64,000 bases of DNA. It comes from a virus. The stretch is from IMG/VR virus record IMGVR_UViG_3300025697_000003. The stretch is one strand, 5' to 3'. The notes beneath the pieces were generated by a model that did not search any database, was not told the origin of the DNA, and was given only the letters and a program-made list of their open reading frames with translations. This document shows, piece after piece, positions 26,668 through 34,373 of this stretch (position 1 is the stretch's first letter; the number at the start of each line of letters is the position of its first letter). Position numbers and translations under genes: made by a program.

Positions 26668-27720
26668 ATGAGCAGGAAAGAATCTGTTAGACAGGATGCA
26701 CTGAAGCGAGACAAGAATCGATGCCAGATAACAGGCGCTGGCGGACCTGAATGGCAAGGCGTCGTCGACGTAGCGCACTGGAAACGACTCGGGCATGGTG
26801 GAAGCTCAGAGCTTGACGACATCAAGAACGTCATCACGCTCAATTCAGAACTCCATCGAACTTGGGAGCATCCAGGCGTTAGCATCCCGAAGATTCAAAT
26901 CGTTCACTGGGATCCGGATGACCTTGACAATGGCCTCGTCGTTGAGCGGCGATCGCTCGAAGGCGACACGATCGGAGAATGGGAGAAGTATCCGAAGTTC
27001 GAGCTCTGGTTCTATCGCAAGCAGTTCGTCGAGCACGTGAAAGAGAACCTTGGCAACATGCACGCAATCCAGACACTGACAGGCTATCACGCGATGACCA
27101 TCTTTGAGTTACGTCTAGTGTGGAAAGATCTCTACGAAGATGCGGCCAGCTTCGATCAGGTAGTGTCGAGCTTAGGATGGGACCCCGAAGCGGCTAACGA
27201 CCTGGCCGACAAACACGTTTGGCTCTTGGATCACAAATGCCAGTGGCCAGAAGGTCTGACGAATCCCCAGTTGACAGAGATCATCGACCGTGAGGCTCCG
27301 ATGACGCTGTTCGACGACGATGTAGATTCGATGCAATCGTTCCTGAACACGTCGGCTGAGAAGTCATTGAGCGATCTGAAGAAGGCGATGATTGCGAAAG
27401 GACTTCGCATCTCGCAACCATTTTACTACATGGTTGTGCCTGAAATTGCTATACATTGCTGCGTCAATCAAGGGGAAGAAATTGTCACGCGGATGGCAAT
27501 CGTTCAGTCACGCGACGAGCTAGGCATGAAGGCCGCAATACGCAACGGCGAGATATGCCAGGACATCGAGTATCCAGTTGTGTTCCGCATGGGCAAAGCC
27601 GTGATGAACCTCACGTCGGTCAAGAACAGCCTGCGGTTGAAGGACGATGAGAAGACGAAGATACAGGTCATTCATTGGCCGCTACCGAAGGAGGCTGACG
27701 ATGTTCGTGACGATGGCTGA
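26668..27720 (+). CDS. HNH nuclease domain protein with large unknown C-terminal region
   Basis: RCQITG...DVAHWKRLGHGGSSELDDIKNVITLNSELHRTWEH. Confidence 0.55.
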   Translation: MSRKESVRQDALKRDKNRCQITGAGGPEWQGVVDVAHWKRLGHGGSSELDDIKNVITLNSELHRTWEHPGVSIPKIQIVHWDPDDLDNGLVVERRSLEGDTIGEWEKYPKFELWFYRKQFVEHVKENLGNMHAIQTLTGYHAMTIFELRLVWKDLYEDAASFDQVVSSLGWDPEAANDLADKHVWLLDHKCQWPEGLTNPQLTEIIDREAPMTLFDDDVDSMQSFLNTSAEKSLSDLKKAMIAKGLRISQPFYYMVVPEIAIHCCVNQGEEIVTRMAIVQSRDELGMKAAIRNGEICQDIEYPVVFRMGKAVMNLTSVKNSLRLKDDEKTKIQVIHWPLPKEADDVRDDG

Positions 27721-27889
27721 GATGATCGTGATTATGGATACGCTCAGAGGATCAGAGGGCATAGCTGACCATGTGAATATCTTTGGCTACACCAAAAATA
27801 CACGCTCTACTCTGCATGGGGATCTACTCAAACGCCTCGACAATATCAAGATCGGAGTTAAGGAGGCTGACGATGGATCATCTGTATAG
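27701..27889 (+). CDS. hypothetical small protein
   Basis: AAGGAGGCTGACGATG junction. Confidence 0.4.
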   Translation: MFVTMAEMIVIMDTLRGSEGIADHVNIFGYTKNTRSTLHGDLLKRLDNIKIGVKEADDGSSV

Positions 27890-28064
27890 CGTTGAACTAC
27901 GACAATTGTTGGTATTCTTCACGCTGTCTATATCTGCGGGTGCTTTGTTCTGCAAAGGCATCAGTTTCAGCAAGGCTCACAGATCACTATTAGTTTTGTC
28001 GATAGTTATTGGCGGTCTAGCATGGTGGGGTGTGTTGACCCAAACGATAGGAGGAGGAGTCTGA
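27873..28064 (+). CDS. small membrane protein
   Basis: Identical AAGGAGGCTGACGATG junction. Two hydrophobic segments. Confidence 0.4.
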   Translation: MDHLYSVELRQLLVFFTLSISAGALFCKGISFSKAHRSLLVLSIVIGGLAWWGVLTQTIGGGV

Positions 28065-28066
28065 CG

Positions 28067-28324
28067 ATGAATGAAACGGGAGTAATCGCCACAGAAGAAG
28101 AACAAGATGAGATTAGATCATTGGCGGCAAGCGCACAGGCATCAGCTATGCTGTCTTCTAGGTTCGGCCCACACGCTGCAGACGTGAAGTTACGTGAGGC
28201 GAGTAAGCGATGTCACGAAATTGCATTGACGCATGGACTTCCAGAAATACAGGGATTCTACGGCATGGCCGAAACAGGAGAGTTTGTGTGCCAATACGAC
28301 GCAGAGGAGGATGACAATGAGTGA
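28067..28324 (+). CDS. hypothetical acidic protein
   Basis: GGAGGAGTCTGACGATG junction. Confidence 0.45.
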   Translation: MNETGVIATEEEQDEIRSLAASAQASAMLSSRFGPHAADVKLREASKRCHEIALTHGLPEIQGFYGMAETGEFVCQYDAEEDDNE

Positions 28325-28742
28325 CCGGAAGATCGGAGCGTGTGAGCAGCACGGTGCAACCAGGATTGATATATGGGAAAAACCAATGGGTCCCTTCCCT
28401 GGTTTCAATCATAGGATTCCACGATGCGTTGTGAATATCAGAATACCTGACGCTCCACTCGACAACATGGCGTTCATTGCGATTGCGAAGGAGCAGAAGG
28501 ATCGAGTGCTGAGCTTCGGCAAGAAGTACAACGCCATGGCTTTCCACTTCTGGACAGAAACGCAGATGACTGAGCGGGATGAGGATGGGAACCTCAAGTA
28601 TCCCCACGAACCGGCTGCAGCCATCGTAGATTGGGCGCCAGGTGGTCTGTGGGAAGAGGCCGTGTCTGCCAAGATCGGTGACTACACGAACCACTCGTTC
28701 AAAGTGATTGCGAATCTCACGAAGGAGGATGACGATGCCTGA
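28317..28742 (+). CDS. hypothetical protein
   Basis: GAGGAGG RBS 7 nt upstream. Confidence 0.45.
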   Translation: MSDRKIGACEQHGATRIDIWEKPMGPFPGFNHRIPRCVVNIRIPDAPLDNMAFIAIAKEQKDRVLSFGKKYNAMAFHFWTETQMTERDEDGNLKYPHEPAAAIVDWAPGGLWEEAVSAKIGDYTNHSFKVIANLTKEDDDA

Positions 28743-29007
28743 ACACATCAAGTTCGAGATGGACATGAAGCCAGTCGAGGAAGGATTGCCGGAAGACAAC
28801 AAGGTCTACTGGATCAGGCGTAAGGACCGTGGCTGTATCAGACAAGCAGCATACTACGACAATGCAGATTTCAAGGCTGGATGGTATCTATGGCCAAGCG
28901 GCTCCATGGTCGATGGAGTGACTCACTACGGGCGACCTCCGCAGATGGGTCCGACACCTTGCGACGAACAGAGAGAAGCAGTGCTGGCATCCGAGCGGCA
29001 CAACTAG
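28735..29007 (+). CDS. hypothetical protein
   Basis: GGATGACGATGCCTGA junction identical to the one at 26227. Confidence 0.45.
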   Translation: MPEHIKFEMDMKPVEEGLPEDNKVYWIRRKDRGCIRQAAYYDNADFKAGWYLWPSGSMVDGVTHYGRPPQMGPTPCDEQREAVLASERHN

Positions 29008-29017
29008 GAGGCATGAA

Positions 29018-29290
29018 ATGAGCGAGAAGAAGTTCGTGATTAGCGGTGGACTCATCCTTGACATCCTGCGCGGCTTGAACGAAGACCGCAAAATACGTGT
29101 CGAAGGAATTCCAGAAGATGCGTCCGTCAATTTTGCGTCTTACGATGAAGCGTCGGGTGGAAAGCTCACGTTGTATGTGGAGACGGCGGCAGAGATAAAA
29201 GGCGGTGTACTTGATGTCATAGTTCACACTAGCGACATAACTAGGAGGGATGATGCCAATTGTCCGCAACATAAACATAATGATCGCTGA
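29018..29290 (+). CDS. hypothetical protein
   Basis: TAGGAGG RBS. Confidence 0.5.
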   Translation: MSEKKFVISGGLILDILRGLNEDRKIRVEGIPEDASVNFASYDEASGGKLTLYVETAAEIKGGVLDVIVHTSDITRRDDANCPQHKHNDR

Positions 29291-29438
29291 TGGAGATCGC
29301 GTCGATGATTCAATTAAATGTTTGGACAGGATTCTCAATCACGAGCCGCCAAAAGCTAGAGATGCGTTTCTTCTAATCGACATTAAGAGCATCCTCCGTG
29401 GTGTCAAGAAAGCGTGGGATGCTGGAGATTCTGTTTGA
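29250..29438 (+). CDS. hypothetical protein
   Basis: TAGGAGGG RBS. Confidence 0.4.
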   Translation: MMPIVRNINIMIADGDRVDDSIKCLDRILNHEPPKARDAFLLIDIKSILRGVKKAWDAGDSV

Positions 29439-29564
29439 TTAGAGAAGATCTAGCCGTGAATCATAGCTGTAATCGTCTTATCCATGCCTCAGACCAATCA
29501 GAGGCGCGAAATGGCATAGTTATACCAAAACGCGAGGAAACGCCTCTCACGGCGTCGATAAAGG

Positions 29565-29906
29565 ATGGAAATGACACAGCGGATAATTCCTAAAACGAGA
29601 GACTATTGCGACCGAGGTAGAGTTGTCAGGCAACGGATGAAATTGCCTAGCCTGAAATGCCTGCCGGATATGGTTGCCGAGGCTGACAAGTTCGAAGGTG
29701 ATCCGACAGAAGCTGAGATCATGGAAATGGTATCCAGGTTCAAGGGCATCGAGGCTGGATTGGCAAGGAAACTAGAACGCGACATGGCCGTGATGATAAT
29801 CAATCCGTACATGGTGCGGAAGCTGTTTGACTACAGGGTACACCGGAAGAAGAGTGAAGAGCGTAGGACGGGAGTGAAGCATGAAGATGCCGTGGAATCG
29901 AAGTAG
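29565..29906 (+). CDS. hypothetical protein
   Basis: First gene after a 125-bp gap. The start may be ATG 29571. Confidence 0.45.
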   Translation: MEMTQRIIPKTRDYCDRGRVVRQRMKLPSLKCLPDMVAEADKFEGDPTEAEIMEMVSRFKGIEAGLARKLERDMAVMIINPYMVRKLFDYRVHRKKSEERRTGVKHEDAVESK

Positions 29907-30252
29907 AGGCAACGTAGTTCTGCCGATTGAGCCAGAAGCGCCAGAAGTACCTATCAGAACCAATTGGAAGCTGACGATGTGCCGTAAATGCAAGCGTGTA
30001 TCCTGGTTCGGTATGCCAATTCCGTATGCCGTGACATCGAAAGAGGACGTTGAGCAACTACGGCGAGTGAATCAAGGACGTGGATCATCGAAGCGGATGA
30101 AAGTGATGATGCCCCTTCGCCTAGTTATGAGTCGCCCAGAACGACATCCATGGAGATGCACGTGCGGTGCTGGAGTTGAAATGTGCGGAGTTGCTCAGAC
30201 TGCAACTAGCGTGCTGGCTGTAACGCAGTTCAAGATGAGGAGTGATAGATGA
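29881..30252 (+). CDS. hypothetical Cys-rich protein
   Basis: CRKCKRV...CTCGAGVEMC. Confidence 0.4.
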   Translation: MKMPWNRSRGNVVLPIEPEAPEVPIRTNWKLTMCRKCKRVSWFGMPIPYAVTSKEDVEQLRRVNQGRGSSKRMKVMMPLRLVMSRPERHPWRCTCGAGVEMCGVAQTATSVLAVTQFKMRSDR

Positions 30253-30437
30253 TGGAAATGCAAATGCTGGATGCTGCAATCTATGAGGCTGAGAGGTTTC
30301 TGAAGAAGGCTAAGCGGTGTAAGAAGAGTCCGACCAAGACAGAATATGGATACGCTTACTGGGATTTCAAAGAGACTGGAGCCACTAAACGATCGAGCAT
30401 GGATCTATCTCGCGCACTGTCAGATCTTAGACGATGA
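30249..30437 (+). CDS. hypothetical protein
   Basis: ATGATG overlap. 62-aa ORF. Confidence 0.4.
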   Translation: MMEMQMLDAAIYEAERFLKKAKRCKKSPTKTEYGYAYWDFKETGATKRSSMDLSRALSDLRR

Positions 30438-30451
30438 AGATAATCGCCTTG

Positions 30452-30480
30452 GGAAGCGGGGGCAACGCACCCCCGCTTCC
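30452..30480. terminator. perfect 11-bp inverted repeat between convergent genes (bidirectional terminator candidate)
   Basis: GGAAGCGGGGG-caacgca-CCCCCGCTTCC. Confidence 0.55.
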
Positions 30481-30485
30481 ATCAA

Positions 30486-30890
30486 TTACCCAGACACTTG
30501 GTTCTCTGGATGCTGTTTGTTCCACTTCGCAACCTTTTTTCGCTGAACATCCCAAGCATTCAATGCCGACATCAATGCCTCACTAAGCGATTCAGTGTCA
30601 TACACAGTCATCGCATCTGTGACGATCGCCGCCATCCTCGCTGGGATGTATATCGTTGTACGTTGCGGGATGCCGCGGGGTATTGGAAGTGAAATGCCAA
30701 GTGCAGCATCGAGCTTCGCTTGTGTGCCTTTGTGCGGCGGGGCACTATGTCGCCCCTTCTCAAGGCTGGAGATCACGCACGGCTTGATACCTGCCAATCG
30801 CCCAGCATCTTCAAGCGACAATCCCATCTTTAGACGCGCATCCAAAATCATCTTGCCGACTGCCTTCTTGTCCCATGTCATCGCGGTCAT
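30486..30890 (-). CDS. XRE-family HTH transcriptional repressor
   Basis: LDARLKMGLSLEDAGRLAGIKPCVISSLEKGRHS. GGAGGA RBS. Confidence 0.75.
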   Translation of the reverse strand: MTAMTWDKKAVGKMILDARLKMGLSLEDAGRLAGIKPCVISSLEKGRHSAPPHKGTQAKLDAALGISLPIPRGIPQRTTIYIPARMAAIVTDAMTVYDTESLSEALMSALNAWDVQRKKVAKWNKQHPENQVSG

Positions 30891-30923
30891 TTGTGTCCTC
30901 CTAAAACACCGTATCTGTCTACG

Positions 30924-31001
30924 TTATCGCCTGTTTCGCTGTAGTATTTTCGTTCTATCGCCTGTATACTAATTATATGCCTCAAGCGCAGACTACATCA
31001 A
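30924..31001 (-). promoter_or_regulatory. candidate promoter (TTGATG-N18-TATAAT) with two 10-bp direct repeats downstream
   Basis: On the minus strand, TTGATG lies at 31001-30996 and TATAAT at 30977-30972. ACAGGCGATA repeats lie at 30964-30955 and 30933-30924, 31 bp apart. Confidence 0.45.
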
Positions 31002-31138
31002 CGTTTGAGGTAGGTATGATCCTTGACAAGTGAACGAGTAATTGGCCGTCGGCGTCTTGCGAGACGAAGTATGAAGACGCCGACTCCTGCAACGATATAT
31101 GGCGCGGTTATCGCCGCCATGATGCCGAGGACGTTCAT
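30998..31138 (-). CDS. small single-TM protein (46 aa)
   Basis: GGGAGGTA RBS. MNVLGIMAAITAPYIVAGVGVFILRLARRRR. The start overlaps the HNH stop. Confidence 0.4.
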   Translation of the reverse strand: MNVLGIMAAITAPYIVAGVGVFILRLARRRRPITRSLVKDHTYLKR

Positions 31139-31920
31139 TCGTATATACCTCCCTTGGCTAGATTCTCTTCCGCCCATAGAGGCTGTAGGTTTGTGTAGTG
31201 ACACGCCTGCAAGAACTGTTCCCTATCTGTCAAGTCGAACGATGCAAGCGGCTTGATGTGGTCGATGTGCCATCCGTAGAAAGACCAGTTATCCCACGTC
31301 ATACCTGGACGGAATAGCGCCTCAAGATGTGCCTTGAGTTCATTGATTGTGCAGCCGAGGTCTCGGACGGCGCTGCCTGTTTTGAAGTTTCTGTCGAGAG
31401 CACGGCGCAAACGTTCTCGTAGATTATGTCCCAATTTGCCTTGAATTGTATTCCTGAAATACTTCTGATATGCCACACAATAAGCCTTGTACTCAGGTGA
31501 ATTGCGATATGATTTCTGCTTCGTCTTCCTTTCTGGCGCATCGAAGTAGTCCTTCATATAGGCTTTCTGCCATGCTTTGTACTTTGGACTCGATTCACGG
31601 ATCTTCTTCTTAGCCTTTGCCTCTTTAGTATTTCGATATGCTTTCCGTTTTGCCTTTTGATCTGGAGAATTGCAGAACTCTTTCATATATGTCTTCCATT
31701 CTGGCGTCTGCCGTCGCGCTTTCTGCTTGGCCTCGTATTCTGGTGTTTGACATCGCGCCTTCGCCTCAGCTTTTCGTTTAGCCGCATATTCTTTGTCGCA
31801 AACACATGCAACAGTTGTCTTACAGCATCCAGCCTCTCTTGCTATCGCTGCATACGTCCACCCATCAGCCTTCAACTCACGCATCCTAGATTTCTCTTCC
31901 TCAGTTACGCGGTTAGACAT
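31135..31920 (-). CDS. HNH endonuclease with N-terminal HTH and Lys/Tyr-rich tandem repeats
   Basis: GWTYAAIAREAGCCKTTV HTH. Repeats of K..(Y)R.(S/T)PE(Y/W)K. C-terminal GWHIDHIKPLA...NLQPLWAEENLAKG. Confidence 0.7.
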   Translation of the reverse strand: MSNRVTEEEKSRMRELKADGWTYAAIAREAGCCKTTVACVCDKEYAAKRKAEAKARCQTPEYEAKQKARRQTPEWKTYMKEFCNSPDQKAKRKAYRNTKEAKAKKKIRESSPKYKAWQKAYMKDYFDAPERKTKQKSYRNSPEYKAYCVAYQKYFRNTIQGKLGHNLRERLRRALDRNFKTGSAVRDLGCTINELKAHLEALFRPGMTWDNWSFYGWHIDHIKPLASFDLTDREQFLQACHYTNLQPLWAEENLAKGGIYE

Positions 31921-31929
31921 CAACCCTCC

Positions 31930-32511
31930 TTAAAGCGCAACGGTCTGATGGACGATTTCGATATCGTCGTCATTCAGCCCGAGGTACAACATGGTCTCTC
32001 GTTGGTTCGAGTGATTGAATGCCGCCTGTACTACTGCCAACTGCTGATCGAACGTAACGACAGCGTGATAACCGAAAGTCTTTCGCAGTGAATGGGCAGC
32101 GATAGGATCCTGAATTCCCACACGCTTCGCCTCAATCCCCATCTGCCGCGAAAGGTGCTCGCGGCTGTAGACTTCTCGCGTGATTGGATTCCTGAATATC
32201 GCCTCATCTCGCTCGGGGATACGCCCGAGGCTATCCAAGAGGAACCGGAGAGATTCGACAACATTCTCGTTGATGAATATCCGCCGTGGCTTATTCGTCT
32301 TCTTCTCAATGAGCGTGAGGTGGTCACGCATCGTGGTCGTACCATCAAGCCACACTGAGCTCCACGTCAATCCCCGGAGATCGGATACGCGCAGGTTGGT
32401 ATTGCAGCCAGTGACGAAGAAGCAATACATCGCCGCTGTCTTCTCCGTCTTCAAGTTTCGCCTAATTCGCTGGATATGGTCTATTCGCCTAATCGGGTGT
32501 ACACGGATCAT
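31930..32511 (-). CDS. short tyrosine recombinase (catalytic domain only)
   Basis: LRVSDL (Arg), AHSLRKTFGYH (H-x-x-R), NHSNQRETMLYLG (His/Tyr). GAGGTG RBS 6 nt before ATG 32511 (the track starts at GTG 32520). Confidence 0.7.
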   Translation of the reverse strand: MIRVHPIRRIDHIQRIRRNLKTEKTAAMYCFFVTGCNTNLRVSDLRGLTWSSVWLDGTTTMRDHLTLIEKKTNKPRRIFINENVVESLRFLLDSLGRIPERDEAIFRNPITREVYSREHLSRQMGIEAKRVGIQDPIAAHSLRKTFGYHAVVTFDQQLAVVQAAFNHSNQRETMLYLGLNDDDIEIVHQTVAL

Positions 32512-32535
32512 CTTAATCACCTCGATTGCATCATA

Positions 32536-32802
32536 CTACTGGGAGAGCGATATATCAAACTTCATCTTAGCTATCGCCTCGGTTGGCAAGTCTGGCAGGT
32601 CGGCCTTCACAAATAAGCCGATTGCTCCCTCTTCGGCATACCAAAAATGACCATCTCCAACGATAACGAATGAGTTGTTCCCGGTGAGAGAAACCTTTAC
32701 AAGTGACCGCCTTGGTTTCTCTTCTATCTCTCCAAATTTCCATCCATAGAACCACCATTCACCTACCTCGTCAGGCCATTCTATTCGCCATTCGTAGATC
32801 AT
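32536..32802 (-). CDS. hypothetical Trp-rich protein
   Basis: AGGAGG RBS before MIYEWRIEW. Confidence 0.45.
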   Translation of the reverse strand: MIYEWRIEWPDEVGEWWFYGWKFGEIEEKPRRSLVKVSLTGNNSFVIVGDGHFWYAEEGAIGLFVKADLPDLPTEAIAKMKFDISLSQ

Positions 32803-33004
32803 CTGCGCCTCCTGATTCCGCCGTTTCAAGCACGTGCTCAAGGATCGCCTGCTGCGTCGCTGTCGGCTGTGTGAGGTACATGCTGTCTCGCTCGATCGCG
32901 TATTCGCCTCTTCCTGCGTGATGGTATACCTGATTCCCGCCGATTGTCAGCGGTGCGCCTGCGATTACGACCTTCTTGTATCCTGGTGCTGGTTCAAATG
33001 GCAT
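32771..33004 (-). CDS. hypothetical protein
   Basis: GGAGG RBS. Confidence 0.45.
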   Translation of the reverse strand: MPFEPAPGYKKVVIAGAPLTIGGNQVYHHAGRGEYAIERDSMYLTQPTATQQAILEHVLETAESGGADDLRMANRMA

Positions 33005-33233
33005 TCGCCGCCTCCTTCAAATTCGCCTTTTCTCGCCCAGTATCGGGCCTGCCTTCATGCCTCTCCTGATGTCGCAGATGATCGCCTACTTTGTCGCGCT
33101 TTGACTCGCTAGGCTCCCACGCTGGCCGGTTCATGCTGGAATAGCACGACAAACACGGTTCGCAGTCGCCTGACGTGTCGAAGTGCTGGCAGTCGCGGCA
33201 ATTATTCGCCGTCCTTCGCTTGATTCCTTTCAC
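32994..33233 (-). CDS. Cys-rich small protein
   Basis: GGAGGTG RBS and a GTG start. CRDCQHFDTSGDCEPCLSC. Confidence 0.4.
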   Translation of the reverse strand: MKGIKRRTANNCRDCQHFDTSGDCEPCLSCYSSMNRPAWEPSESKRDKVGDHLRHQERHEGRPDTGREKANLKEAANAI

Positions 33234-33249
33234 CTTGCACCTCCAGAAA

Positions 33250-33274
33250 TTCGCCTATTTTCGCCTATTTTCGG
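33250..33274. repeat. 2.5 tandem copies of TTCGCCTATT
   Basis: Direct reading. Lies in the intergenic gap upstream (minus sense) of the 33233 gene. Confidence 0.8.
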
Positions 33275-33283
33275 CAGTGCCTG

Positions 33284-33312
33284 GGGTCGCCCCGGTCCGC
33301 CCGGGACGACCC
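33284..33312 (-). other. GC-rich 11-bp stem-loop after the 33323 gene
   Basis: GGGTCGCCCCG / CGGGACGACCC. No U tract, so it is not a classical terminator. Confidence 0.4.
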
Positions 33313-33322
33313 GCGCCCCCTC

Positions 33323-33817
33323 TCAGTCGATCGATTTCATGAATTCGCGCAACGCTTCGACTTCGTTGATGATTTCCGCGCCGCCGTCTTCCCATTCTGT
33401 CGCCTCGACTCGCTGCATGAATTCTAGGGCGCTTGTAAGCGCGGCCACCATCGACGGGTAAGCGTTGAGCGCCTTCATGATCTGGACGAAGGGCGCGACA
33501 TCGTGCGGGTCGTCTCCGCCGTCGTGAGATACAAGAGAGCAAAGAAGGCTTTCCGGCTGTTCTTTCGTCGTGTCCCATACATGGACGCCACGCGCTCCGC
33601 TGTCTTCCGTCCAGGTGGACCCAAATCTGTATCTCGGTGCGGGAACTTGCTTTGCTTGTTCTTCTGGTACGCCCGCCCACTGCAGTAGTTGAACGTCTCC
33701 CGGTTCGATATGGTCAGACAGGTTTTGTAGTTCCACGAGATCGCCATAGCTAATCCGCTCTGCTTCGATCTCGCCGCGCAGGTATTCCAGCCGGTCTTTC
33801 GTTGCTTGATCTGTCAT
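33323..33817 (-). CDS. hypothetical acidic protein
   Basis: 164 aa and Asp/Glu-rich. Start at MTDQATKD. Confidence 0.5.
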   Translation of the reverse strand: MTDQATKDRLEYLRGEIEAERISYGDLVELQNLSDHIEPGDVQLLQWAGVPEEQAKQVPAPRYRFGSTWTEDSGARGVHVWDTTKEQPESLLCSLVSHDGGDDPHDVAPFVQIMKALNAYPSMVAALTSALEFMQRVEATEWEDGGAEIINEVEALREFMKSID

Positions 33818-33876
33818 GATTCCACGTCCTTTCCCTGGGACCGCCCGCACGGACGGCCCCGACTGGGAGGTGATAC

Positions 33877-34293
33877 TTATTCTCCGAAGTAGTGCATCTG
33901 GCAGTATGAAAGAACCGCGTCGCGTTGTTCGCTTGATATATCAAACCATTCCGTCCACGGTGTGCCCCAGTCCTGGAACTGAACCAGCGCCGAGGTCGGT
34001 TGGCAGTATTCGTTAAGATCTCCGATGATTCGCACCGCAGGCCCCCCCGTGCATAGCAGTATGCAGAATTCGTCCGGCTTGTCTTCCGTCCCCGGTGCAT
34101 ACCATGAGCGCCGAACTTCAACGCTTAATGCGTTTTCTTGGATCCGTTCCCGCATTCCGTCTTCGTCGTATTCGTACCCTTCGAGCAATACCTCGCCGGA
34201 TTCCCGCGCCGTCTCAAGTGCCGCCATTAGCTCGACAATGCTTTCAACTTGTGCCCGTGCCTGGTCCTTCGCTTGTGCTGTGTCCGTTGTCAT
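33877..34293 (-). CDS. hypothetical acidic protein
   Basis: GGGAG RBS. Start at MTTDTAQAKD. Confidence 0.5.
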   Translation of the reverse strand: MTTDTAQAKDQARAQVESIVELMAALETARESGEVLLEGYEYDEDGMRERIQENALSVEVRRSWYAPGTEDKPDEFCILLCTGGPAVRIIGDLNEYCQPTSALVQFQDWGTPWTEWFDISSEQRDAVLSYCQMHYFGE

Positions 34294-34373
34294 TCTCATC
34301 ATCTCCCGTGATGTTTTTACCGCTTGCCGCCCGCGAGGGAATTCAACCCCCGCGAGCGGGTGAGGTGGTACGC

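Noticed and set aside
28158-28802. 214-aa minus-strand ORF.
   Set aside because: It is antisense to a run of RBS-preceded, translationally coupled plus-strand small genes.
31930-32535. attP core expected next to the tyrosine recombinase.
   Set aside because: The recombinase is tightly packed between genes (6-nt and about 25-nt gaps) and no suitable repeat or tRNA-like fragment was seen nearby. The integration site and lifestyle remain unresolved.
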